Of a stretch of DNA of 20,000 nt, positions 1 to 7,902 are shown one piece after another. Made by a program: the position numbers and the translations under genes. Source of the DNA: an uncultured virus (IMG/VR IMGVR_UViG_3300036793_000098). Its lineage: Duplodnaviria; Heunggongvirae; Uroviricota; Caudoviricetes. Within the stretch, counting starts at the first letter, position 1. Each line of letters begins with the position of its first letter. The stretch lies in the IMG/VR virus record IMGVR_UViG_3300036793_000098; one strand, written 5' to 3'. Below the pieces are notes generated by a model, which was not told where the DNA came from, ran no database searches, and saw nothing but the letters and a program-made list of their open reading frames with translations.

Positions 1-1323
1 GTCGACGAAATACACGTCCTCCCAGCTGTTCCGCGACACCGACCGGGACAGGTCCACCCCGGAGATCTCGATGGACAACCCGCCGCCGGTGTTGCCGCCA
101 CCGGAGCCGGTGACCCCGTTCCCGCCGCCACCGGACCCGGACGAGCCGCCGGTGGTTCCGCCGGTGACGGTGATGTTCGTGTTGTTGATCGAGAACAGGC
201 CCAGCGACACGAGTTCGGCGTTGGAGGCGTTAGTAGCGACCCGCACCTCGAGGTTGGACACGCTCGGCGTGGGGTCGGTGACGTGCAGCCGGGTCAGCGT
301 GACCCGGGTCTGCACGGTCTGCCACACGCTCGTACCCGGCAACAACCGGGCGACGGGCTGGTCGTTGAAGGCCGGCTGCCACGTCAGACCGCCGTCGACG
401 CTGGTCTCCACCGTCACCGTCGAACCCACGGCCGGCGTCGCCTGATCCCAGTGAATCACCGAGTTGGTGATCGGAGACTGCGGGATGGCCAGCGGCGGGC
501 TGATCCGGAACCCGGTCAGCTGGGTGAACACCTGCGGGGCCGCGTCGATCTCGTTGGGCGACGTGCTCATCGTGAAGTGCGTTTGCGTGTTCGGGATGCT
601 GGAGGTCGCTACGACGCCCGCGTCGGTCTCGTTCGGGGACGCGGTCATCGCCACGGTGACGTCGGGGTTTTGGGCGAGGAACAGTGACGTTGCGGCCCAA
701 GTCGCATTACTCGCTGCCGGCGGACTGAAGGGAGCACTAAGAGTGCCACTGGTGCCTGATGATAGAAAGGTTTCGCCCGCCGCGAGTACCGCCGCGAAAC
801 CGGTCGTAAGGTCGCTGCTGTATCCGATCTGAGTCATTCCGGACGCTGGTGACAGGGTCGTGGCAACAGCCGCACCGACTAGCAGCATGGAGAATGTCAC
901 GACCGCACCACCGGCGGTCACCGATACGCTCGGGGCGGGCACCGTAGACGCAGACACGGCGCTTGCGGAGGCACTTGAGGGGGCCCACGTCTGTGCGAGA
1001 TTAGGATTCCGCACCGTGAAGGACAGCATCCCCGCCGCCACTCCTTGACTAAAAGTCAATACACCGTCCACAGAGGAAGGTGTCAGCGTCTGCGTGAAAA
1101 TGGCGATTGTCCAGTTGCCGCCAATGACGGTGGTCTGGTAGCGCTTAGTCCATCCAGGAAATGAGGAGATCGTGGCGACACTGCTGGTGAAGCCAATGAC
1201 GTAGATGACGCGCAGATCATTAGTCTGGAAACTGGAACCGACCGTCAGGGGGTACGTGGCCGACAGAGCATGAAGACCAGTTGCGTCGGATACCGTGTCC
1301 AGGAACAACAGTGGGTACGGCAT
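1..1323 (-). CDS. Minor tail / tail-tip protein, partial (>=441 aa, runs off the left edge). Contains a variable N-terminal beta domain, a beta-sandwich domain and the C-terminal part of a DUF5047-like tail protein
   Basis: Hand translation: ATG at 1323, 3 nt after the upstream TGA, with no stop down to position 1 (MPYPLLFLDTVSD...TGFRISPPLAIP...VETSVDGGLTW...ELVSLGLFSINN...SIEISGVDLSRSVSRNSWEDVYFVD). Missing from the ORF track because it has no stop in the window. Confidence 0.85.
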   Translation of the reverse strand, partial: MPYPLLFLDTVSDATGLHALSATYPLTVGSSFQTNDLRVIYVIGFTSSVATISSFPGWTKRYQTTVIGGNWTIAIFTQTLTPSSVDGVLTFSQGVAAGMLSFTVRNPNLAQTWAPSSASASAVSASTVPAPSVSVTAGGAVVTFSMLLVGAAVATTLSPASGMTQIGYSSDLTTGFAAVLAAGETFLSSGTSGTLSAPFSPPAASNATWAATSLFLAQNPDVTVAMTASPNETDAGVVATSSIPNTQTHFTMSTSPNEIDAAPQVFTQLTGFRISPPLAIPQSPITNSVIHWDQATPAVGSTVTVETSVDGGLTWQPAFNDQPVARLLPGTSVWQTVQTRVTLTRLHVTDPTPSVSNLEVRVATNASNAELVSLGLFSINNTNITVTGGTTGGSSGSGGGGNGVTGSGGGNTGGGLSIEISGVDLSRSVSRNSWEDVYFVD

Positions 1324-1326
1324 GAC

Positions 1327-1782
1327 TCAGGACGCCGTCGCGTATACGCCGGAGGCGAACTGGGCAATCAGGTCGCTTCCGGTGGTGGTGGCGGTGAAGT
1401 CGTACGCCGTCATCGGAATGCACGCCGAGTCCGGTGAGCTGGACAACGGCCGGTACGCGGTGACCAGCTTCCCCAGCACGTCATTCGACGCGCCACCGGC
1501 GGCGAACCAGGTCTGGTTGCCCACCGCCACCGTGTTCACATTGGTGGTGAAGTTCTGCGAGATGGTCAATCCGCTGGTCAGCACCTTGCGCCCGTAGTTG
1601 GTGAACGTGGCCTCGGTGTTCGACGCGAGCATCGTGGACAGCGTGGTGTAGTCCTGCAGCGTGGCGTCGACCTGCAGGCCGGAGGACTTGAGCAGGAGGA
1701 CCAGGACGGCGTCGGACCCGGTCGCCAACGATGCTTGCTGAATGAACCGACCTTTAGCAATGGTAAAGATAAAGTTACTAAT
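1327..1782 (-). CDS. Virion-associated protein of the tail region (NFxFxIAKG-type N-terminus), probable ATT start
   Basis: The track ORF 1327..1728 extends 18 codons upstream (ISNFIFTIAKGRFIQQAS) to ATT at 1782. GGGAG lies 6 nt upstream and an in-frame TAG is at 1798-1800. The gene body has strong GC3 bias. Confidence 0.75.
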   Translation of the reverse strand: MSNFIFTIAKGRFIQQASLATGSDAVLVLLLKSSGLQVDATLQDYTTLSTMLASNTEATFTNYGRKVLTSGLTISQNFTTNVNTVAVGNQTWFAAGGASNDVLGKLVTAYRPLSSSPDSACIPMTAYDFTATTTGSDLIAQFASGVYATAS

Positions 1783-1837
1783 GGCTAACTCCCGGTGCTA
1801 CATTCGGCAAATCGAGCCAGTACGGGTCAGAGGAAGA

Positions 1838-2218
1838 TCAGGTCCAGCCCAAAATGAGCGAGCCGGAAACCGGGTCGCCGATCGTTCCGTTGTTGGTGCC
1901 CTGGTTGAATGTGGCCGCGCTGTTGTCCAAGTCCTGGACCGCATCAACCTCGGTGATCAGTACCCCGCGCCACAGCTGCGCCCGAGTGCCGAACGGCGCC
2001 AACACCGCCGACATATCCGCCGGCGTCAGCGAACCGTCCGGATCGGCGAGGGTGGCGTCGAATTGCCGCATCTGTGCCGCCGTGCGGTCCGCGGTCACGT
2101 TGCCGGCCACGATCGGCAGCTGCATGACGACGGTGCCGTTCTGGATGATGTCGCACCGCGACACCGCTTGATGTGATCCTTGAATGGCGGCCTGGAAGGC
2201 CGATGAAGTGGGTTGCAC
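1838..2218 (-). CDS. N-terminal portion of a DUF5047-like minor tail protein (126 aa)
   Basis: The pattern SxxFxxAIxGSH...GNVTADRTA..R...LAPFG....WRGV matches my recollection of actinophage DUF5047 tail proteins. It follows the distal-tail-like gene, with a GTG start and GAGGGG upstream. Confidence 0.7.
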   Translation of the reverse strand: MQPTSSAFQAAIQGSHQAVSRCDIIQNGTVVMQLPIVAGNVTADRTAAQMRQFDATLADPDGSLTPADMSAVLAPFGTRAQLWRGVLITEVDAVQDLDNSAATFNQGTNNGTIGDPVSGSLILGWT

Positions 2219-2230
2219 AATGACCGCCCC

Positions 2231-3829
2231 TCAGGACGTAATCGGCGGAGCGGCCGTACTGGTGTACGAGACGGAAACCTTGTGATAGTTCGGTACGAGC
2301 TCCCAGTCATAACTCATGTCGCTGCCCGCCGCGCCCGGTCCGAACAGCACGTAGAGCTGTTCACCGTTCGGGTACTGCACCAGCAGAATGTGTCCGGACT
2401 GGTCCAGCTGCTTGAACGCTGACCAGTAGTCCGCCGGCTGGTCTTTGTAGAAGTTCAGCGTGTACGTGCCTTCGGGGCCGTACTGCGGACCGTTCACGAC
2501 GATCTTGTCGACCAGTAGCTCACCGGAGATGACTTCGAACGTGCCCTGCACCCGCCGCACCGTGCGCGCGTCGCCCTGATACGCGATCGGGAACGGGGTG
2601 TTCACCGTCGGGTCGAGCACGTCCTTCAACCATGGAACGTCGACCTGCGGGGTGACGGTGACAACGTTCGAGTACCCGGCGGCGGCGAACAGCAACGACC
2701 CGGTCTGCCCATAGGCCAGCACCCGGTACTTCGACGGAATGTTCAGCGGCGCCTCGTAGTCGTACACCGTCATCGTGCCGCCCGTGTTGGTCAGCAGCAG
2801 GGCGTTGCGCACCGGCCCGTAGGTCACACCGTTGTCCTGCGACGACTGGACCGCGTACGCCACCGTGGCCGGCGTGGGGCCGCCGGTGGTGATGTCCAGA
2901 CGAACCCGGTTATAGACACTGTCGAACAGCGAGTTGGAGATCACCGCGTTCGGGGCGCCGGAGATGGATTGGGTCCAGGTGATCGACGCGATCCCGGACG
3001 GGAAGTCGTTCGACCCCGGCCAGGTCTGATTGACCTGCACATAGGCCGAGTAGCCACCGTTAACGATGTCCGTGTTCAACGTCCACTGCAGATCTTCCCC
3101 GAAGGTCAACCCCGAGGTTTGGACCGGTGGGGTGACGAACGGGACGAAGCCACCGGCCGCGACCTGCGCGGCGGTGTAGATGGCCACGTTGTACGCGGCC
3201 TGCGGGTTGCTGTCCGGGGACGTGTAGGTCCAGGTGACCGTCGGCCGACACGTCGTGGTGATCGTCCCGGTGGGGGCGGTGACGGTGATGACCGCCTGCT
3301 GGGTGTAGGTGATATCCACATACACCTCGGAGATCCGCAACGGGTTCCCTGAGACGTCATCGCGCCCGAGATGCACCTCGAACTGGTTGAACGAGGCCAA
3401 CGTCCACGGGTTGCCGTCCGGGTCCGACGTCAAGTTCTCCAGCTGCTGCTCCACCCACACGACCGTGGGTTGTCGTGGGCAGCGCCACCCGAACAGCAAC
3501 AGCAGGATGAAGTCGATGATGACCGTGATGATGTTCGGCGGGCGGTGGCAGCGGAACCAGCCCAAACAGATCGGCTGCGGCGCCGGCCACACCACCGTTT
3601 GGATGCGGATCCGCACCCCGACCGAGCTGATCTGAGCCCCGGTCGGGATGGTGATCGTCGGCAGCCCGAGCCGCAGCCGCTGGGTGTCCAGGCGGCACCG
3701 GGGGGTGAGCTGCACATAGGTGGTGTCGGTGTTGTCGGACAGGGCGGTGTGTGCGTTCGCCGCGCCGACCACCGACCAGGAGCCGAGCTGGACGGTGGAG
3801 TTCGGTCGGACCGTGGTGACCGCGCTCAT
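2231..3829 (-). CDS. Distal tail (Dit)-like minor tail protein with N-terminal beta/FN3-like domains
   Basis: 532 aa, directly after the tape measure gene with ATGA overlap. Thr/Val/Tyr-rich beta composition. YDYEAP and WLKDxxxPxxN motifs are typical of actinophage post-TMP proteins. Confidence 0.75.
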   Translation of the reverse strand: MSAVTTVRPNSTVQLGSWSVVGAANAHTALSDNTDTTYVQLTPRCRLDTQRLRLGLPTITIPTGAQISSVGVRIRIQTVVWPAPQPICLGWFRCHRPPNIITVIIDFILLLLFGWRCPRQPTVVWVEQQLENLTSDPDGNPWTLASFNQFEVHLGRDDVSGNPLRISEVYVDITYTQQAVITVTAPTGTITTTCRPTVTWTYTSPDSNPQAAYNVAIYTAAQVAAGGFVPFVTPPVQTSGLTFGEDLQWTLNTDIVNGGYSAYVQVNQTWPGSNDFPSGIASITWTQSISGAPNAVISNSLFDSVYNRVRLDITTGGPTPATVAYAVQSSQDNGVTYGPVRNALLLTNTGGTMTVYDYEAPLNIPSKYRVLAYGQTGSLLFAAAGYSNVVTVTPQVDVPWLKDVLDPTVNTPFPIAYQGDARTVRRVQGTFEVISGELLVDKIVVNGPQYGPEGTYTLNFYKDQPADYWSAFKQLDQSGHILLVQYPNGEQLYVLFGPGAAGSDMSYDWELVPNYHKVSVSYTSTAAPPITS

Positions 3830-6800
3830 CGCTTCTGCCCCTGCGACACCGAGGTCAGCTTGTCGATGACCCGCTCGATCCTGTGGTCAGTACGAATGTC
3901 GATCTCCCGGCCGTCGATGTAGAGCCGGTGCTCATGCACGCAGTGCTTGCTCTGTCCGCCCTGCTGCGCCTGCCCCGAGGCGATCGAGATCGGCGCGTTC
4001 TGCGGCTGCATCGACGCACCGGAGCCGGCAAGACCGAGCAGGCCCATGCGCCCGAGTGCGGCCGTGGCCTCACCGGTCGCGGCCGAGGCCAGCCCGAGCG
4101 CGGCGGCCTTCACCGTGCCCAAGGACTGGGTGATGCCCTTGGCCAAGTTGATCCCGAACAGCTGACCCACGTTCTGGGCGTCCACCGTCGCGGTCGCGTG
4201 CAGTACCTCGATAACAGTGATCCCGGTGTCATGGGCGGCCTTGCGGCACCAGCGCTCCTCCTCGCGGATGCCGCGCCAGAACCCTTCGCCGAACCAACGC
4301 CCGATCTCGTGCAGCAACCGGGACGGGGACGACGTTTCCAGGGCGGAGTTGACCGCGTCCACCGAGCCCTGCGCCATCGAGGTGGCGGCGGCAGCCACGC
4401 CGGTCTGGGTGCCGACGATGCCGTTGACGAAGCCCTGGTTGAAGTCCTCTCCCACGGCTTCCATGACCTTCGACGGGGACGCCGACCCGATCGCGCCCTG
4501 CGCACCGGCCACCGCGGCGCTACCGACCGACGCACCGGCCGAAGCCGCACCGCCGGTGCCGCCACCGCCTCCGGAAGAGCCGCCGCCGGACAGCCCGGCT
4601 TCCTTCATCAACGAGATCAGCTTCTGCAGGTCTTCGATCAGCTTCTTCACTTCTTCGTCGAGCTTCTTCGCGGCCTTGGCGCCGTCCTCGAACGCCCGCT
4701 CCATGGCCTGGCCGGCTTCCGGGGCGATCTGGGTGATCTCGTCGAAGTCCTGGATGAGCGACGCGACGTCCTGCTCCAGATCCAGCACCGACTGGTCCAC
4801 GTAGATGATCTGCTGCTGCAACTGGTACAGCTGCTCCACCGTGGTGCCCAGGTCGGTTTCCCACTGGTTCGTCACCGCGTCGGCGGCCGCGATCGACTGG
4901 GTGAACTGCTGCACCGAGGAGTTCAGTTGCTGCAGCGTCTGCTGGAACTGCTTGAGCACCTGCAGGCCCTGGGTGACGGCTTGCACGAACTGCTGCATCG
5001 ACTTGACCAGCTGGGTGAACTGCTGCACCGCTTGGCGCAGCTGCGCGACGAACTGGGTGAATGACTTCACGAACGACGTCCACAGCGGGGTCACCGCCTT
5101 GAGCTGGGCGTCGAAGGTGGTGAACGACTTCACGAACGTCGTCCAGGTCGCGTTCGCCGCCTTCACCTGCGCGGTGAATGTCGAGAACGACTTCACGAAC
5201 GCGGTCCACAACGGACCGACGGCCTTGAGCTGCGCGTCGAAGGTGGTGAAGTTCTTCACGAACGTCGCCCAGATCGGCCCCACGGCCTTGATCTGTGCGT
5301 CGAACGTCGTGGTGTCCTTCACGAACGTCGCCCACGGGGCGGTCGCGGCCTTGACCTGCGCGGCGAAGGAGGTGAAGTCCTTCACGAACGTCGCCCACGT
5401 CGGACCGGCGGACTTCAGCTGCGCCCCGAACGTGGTCACGTCCTTGACGAAGGTGGCGAACGGGCCCGCCACCTCCTTGACCGCCGGGCCCAGCTTCTGC
5501 ATGTCCGCGACCACCGGGTCCATCCCGGCCTGCACAGCCTTGAACGCCGGGCCCAGGTTGGTCGCGGCGGTGTTCAGGTCGGTCAGCGGCTGCTTCGCGT
5601 CCGAGGCCTGCTTCGCCAGGGACTGCACATCGGTGCCGACCTGCTTCGTCGGATCCGACAGACCCTCCACGGAGGACTTCGCGTCGTCCAGCGGCGGCTT
5701 GATGTCTTTGACCGAGGAGCCGAGGTCGTCGACCGGCTTCTTCGCCTGGTCGAGCTTGTCGCCGGTGTCCTTCGCGGCGTTACCCAGATCGTTGGTCGGG
5801 GCCACCGCGCCCTTGTTCGCGTCCGCCAAGTCCTTAGCCTTGTCGCCGGTGGCCGCCATCACGACACCCTGGTTCTGCACCGGGGGTGCGGCGTCGTTGC
5901 TGGCCGCGATCAGGTCCCGCTCGGACTGGGTGGTCGTACCGAGGGCCTCGTCCATGTGCGCGATCGCCAGCTTGCACTTGTCGAAGAAGTCGACGACCTT
6001 CGCGCCCAACCCGATCAGATCAGAGATCGCGGTGAACAGACCGGTGACGATGTCGATAACACCCTTGATCACCGAGGTGATCGCCGGCCCGTTCTGGGCG
6101 ATGGAGTCCTTCAGGGCGCTGAACGCGGGCTCGCACTGCTTGATCGCGTTCATGAAATCGGTGCCCAGATCGGTGACGATCTGGATGATGTCCTGGATTT
6201 CCTTGCCGATCTCCCCCGATGCGGACGACACCGACCCGGAGAACTTGTTCATCTGGGCGGTGCTGTCCCCGATCGCCTTCATCACCGCGACACCGAGATT
6301 GGTGAAGGCGTCCATGGCCGGCTTCATCGCCGGCTGCACCTTCTCCGCCATCGACTTGAACGAGTCGCTGAGCCGGCCCACGTCCTGGATCAGTGGGGTG
6401 ATCTCCTTCGACCCGATCGTGATCAACGCGGCGCCCAAATCGCCCAGCTTCCCGATCAACTTCTCGGCAGCCGGCACCGCCGCGTCCCACGCCCCAGACG
6501 CGTTATGGAACGCGGTCGCCATGTGCTCCACGGCCAGAATGCCGGCCTGCATCAGGCCGGGCAGCGCGTTGAAGAACTGCCGGAACTGCGGCGCCAACGT
6601 CTGCGTGATCACGTTGAACCCGTTCGCCAGCTCCTTCAGCGACGCCACGACCTTCGGGATGGCCTGCTGCGCGACGGAGGCGATCGTCCGGAACGCCGCC
6701 TTGAGCGGCTCCGCGATCTGCGGCAACGCCTGGCGCACCGCCTGGATCATCTGCTGCAGCACTTGACCGAACGGCTTCGTGATGTCGGCGAAGTCCTTCT

Positions 6801-7902
6801 TGATCTCGGTCGCCAAGTCCTTGAACTGCTTCTTCACTTCCTTGTTGCCCGACTCGGCCGCGACCACCAACCCGGTGATCGCCGCGCCGGCGGCGAGCAT
6901 CGCTATCCCGAAGCCGGCGAACGCGGCCACCGCCACCACGGCCAGCGCGGCAACAGCCGCGACCAGGGCGGCGGCGGCCACGGCGGCGATCGCGGCGGCG
7001 GCGGCGAACACGCCCATCGCCATCGCGGCCATCGGGATGACCCCGGCCAGTGTCTCCATGGCTGCGGCGAACCCGGACGCGGCGCCCGTCGCCAACCCCT
7101 GCATCGACCCGGTGACGGTGCCGATCACCTGGTCCAGGTTGTTCATCGCGCCGACCACGAGTCCGACACCCTGCTCCACGTCGGTGAAGCCGCCCTCGAT
7201 GACCTGGAACGCGCCGGTGACGTCGTTCAGCGCGGTCTCGAAGGTGATAAAGCCCTGCTCAGCGGCGGTCACCCCTGACTCCAGGGCGGTCATCCCACCC
7301 TCGAGCGCGGTGACCCCTCCCTCCGCTGCCTGTGCGGCGCCCTCGATGGCGGTCAATCCGCCCTCCAGGGCCTGCACGCCGCCCTCCAGGGCGGTAGCGC
7401 CCTGCTCAGCGGTGGTGAGGCCGGACTCAAGGGCCGTGACGCCCTGCTCGGCGGACTGTGCGGCCCCCTCGACGGCGGTAAGGGCGGACGTCATCCCCTG
7501 AGCGTCCGTAGCGAACGTCGCCACTACCTGCTCAGTAGTGGTCACCGCCCCCTCCAGGGCGACAAAGCCCTGCTCGGCCTCTTTGATCTGGCTCGAGTCC
7601 ACGTCGATCTTGATGGTGTCGTTGTCGAGGGCATCCGCCTCGGCCTTCAGCGCCGCGAGCTCCGCCTCGGCCTCCGCTACCCCTGAGGTGTCCACGTCGA
7701 TCTTGATGGTGTCGCCGGCGTCGGTCAGTGCCGCCTTCAGCGCCTCAACCTCGGCGATCGCGTCCGTGACTTGGGAGAAATCGACCTCGATGGCGATCTT
7801 CGAGTCCTTGAAGGACTCGAGGAGTGCCTTGAACTCTTCGACCTGCGCCTTGGCCTCTTCGGCCTCGGCGTTGAACCGGATAGTGAGCTCAGAATCGGCC
7901 AT
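3826..7902 (-). CDS. Tape measure protein (~1358 aa; alternative GTG start at 7911)
   Basis: Longest ORF, located after the chaperone frameshift genes. Helical Ala/Gln-rich repeats, an Ala-rich hydrophobic segment, two SPS(K/R)...G...GF..GI motifs and a C-terminal LYIDGREI. Confidence 0.95.
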   Translation of the reverse strand: MADSELTIRFNAEAEEAKAQVEEFKALLESFKDSKIAIEVDFSQVTDAIAEVEALKAALTDAGDTIKIDVDTSGVAEAEAELAALKAEADALDNDTIKIDVDSSQIKEAEQGFVALEGAVTTTEQVVATFATDAQGMTSALTAVEGAAQSAEQGVTALESGLTTAEQGATALEGGVQALEGGLTAIEGAAQAAEGGVTALEGGMTALESGVTAAEQGFITFETALNDVTGAFQVIEGGFTDVEQGVGLVVGAMNNLDQVIGTVTGSMQGLATGAASGFAAAMETLAGVIPMAAMAMGVFAAAAAIAAVAAAALVAAVAALAVVAVAAFAGFGIAMLAAGAAITGLVVAAESGNKEVKKQFKDLATEIKKDFADITKPFGQVLQQMIQAVRQALPQIAEPLKAAFRTIASVAQQAIPKVVASLKELANGFNVITQTLAPQFRQFFNALPGLMQAGILAVEHMATAFHNASGAWDAAVPAAEKLIGKLGDLGAALITIGSKEITPLIQDVGRLSDSFKSMAEKVQPAMKPAMDAFTNLGVAVMKAIGDSTAQMNKFSGSVSSASGEIGKEIQDIIQIVTDLGTDFMNAIKQCEPAFSALKDSIAQNGPAITSVIKGVIDIVTGLFTAISDLIGLGAKVVDFFDKCKLAIAHMDEALGTTTQSERDLIAASNDAAPPVQNQGVVMAATGDKAKDLADANKGAVAPTNDLGNAAKDTGDKLDQAKKPVDDLGSSVKDIKPPLDDAKSSVEGLSDPTKQVGTDVQSLAKQASDAKQPLTDLNTAATNLGPAFKAVQAGMDPVVADMQKLGPAVKEVAGPFATFVKDVTTFGAQLKSAGPTWATFVKDFTSFAAQVKAATAPWATFVKDTTTFDAQIKAVGPIWATFVKNFTTFDAQLKAVGPLWTAFVKSFSTFTAQVKAANATWTTFVKSFTTFDAQLKAVTPLWTSFVKSFTQFVAQLRQAVQQFTQLVKSMQQFVQAVTQGLQVLKQFQQTLQQLNSSVQQFTQSIAAADAVTNQWETDLGTTVEQLYQLQQQIIYVDQSVLDLEQDVASLIQDFDEITQIAPEAGQAMERAFEDGAKAAKKLDEEVKKLIEDLQKLISLMKEAGLSGGGSSGGGGGTGGAASAGASVGSAAVAGAQGAIGSASPSKVMEAVGEDFNQGFVNGIVGTQTGVAAAATSMAQGSVDAVNSALETSSPSRLLHEIGRWFGEGFWRGIREEERWCRKAAHDTGITVIEVLHATATVDAQNVGQLFGINLAKGITQSLGTVKAAALGLASAATGEATAALGRMGLLGLAGSGASMQPQNAPISIASGQAQQGGQSKHCVHEHRLYIDGREIDIRTDHRIERVIDKLTSVSQGQKR
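5040..5465 (-). repeat. Seven tandem 63-nt (21-aa) coding repeats in the tape measure gene
   Basis: TT(C/G)ACGAA recurs at 5066, 5129, 5192, 5255, 5318, 5381 and 5444, an exact 63-nt period. Protein unit is approximately WxxFVKxFTTFxAQLKAxxPx. Confidence 0.95.
7170..7590 (-). repeat. Degenerate 7/14-aa repeats (AEQGxTALEGG) in the tape measure N-terminal region
   Basis: Translation shows AEQGFVALEG, AEQGVTALESG, AEQGATALEGG, AEGGVTALEGG and AEQGFITFE. Confidence 0.85.

Noticed and set aside
71..445. Pro-rich plus-strand ORF (MDNPPPVLPPPEP...)
   Set aside because: It is the reverse complement of a Gly-rich linker (GGTTGGSSGSGGGGNG) in the real minus-strand tail gene.
1045..1059. Palindrome TTGACT-AAA-AGTCAA, operator-like
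   Set aside because: Single copy with only 6-bp arms, inside a coding region. I saw no second instance, so chance cannot be excluded.
5040..5465. Regularly spaced 63-nt repeats as a possible CRISPR array
   Set aside because: They are in-frame coding repeats with similar intervening sequence and third-position variation. There are no unique spacers and no cas genes.
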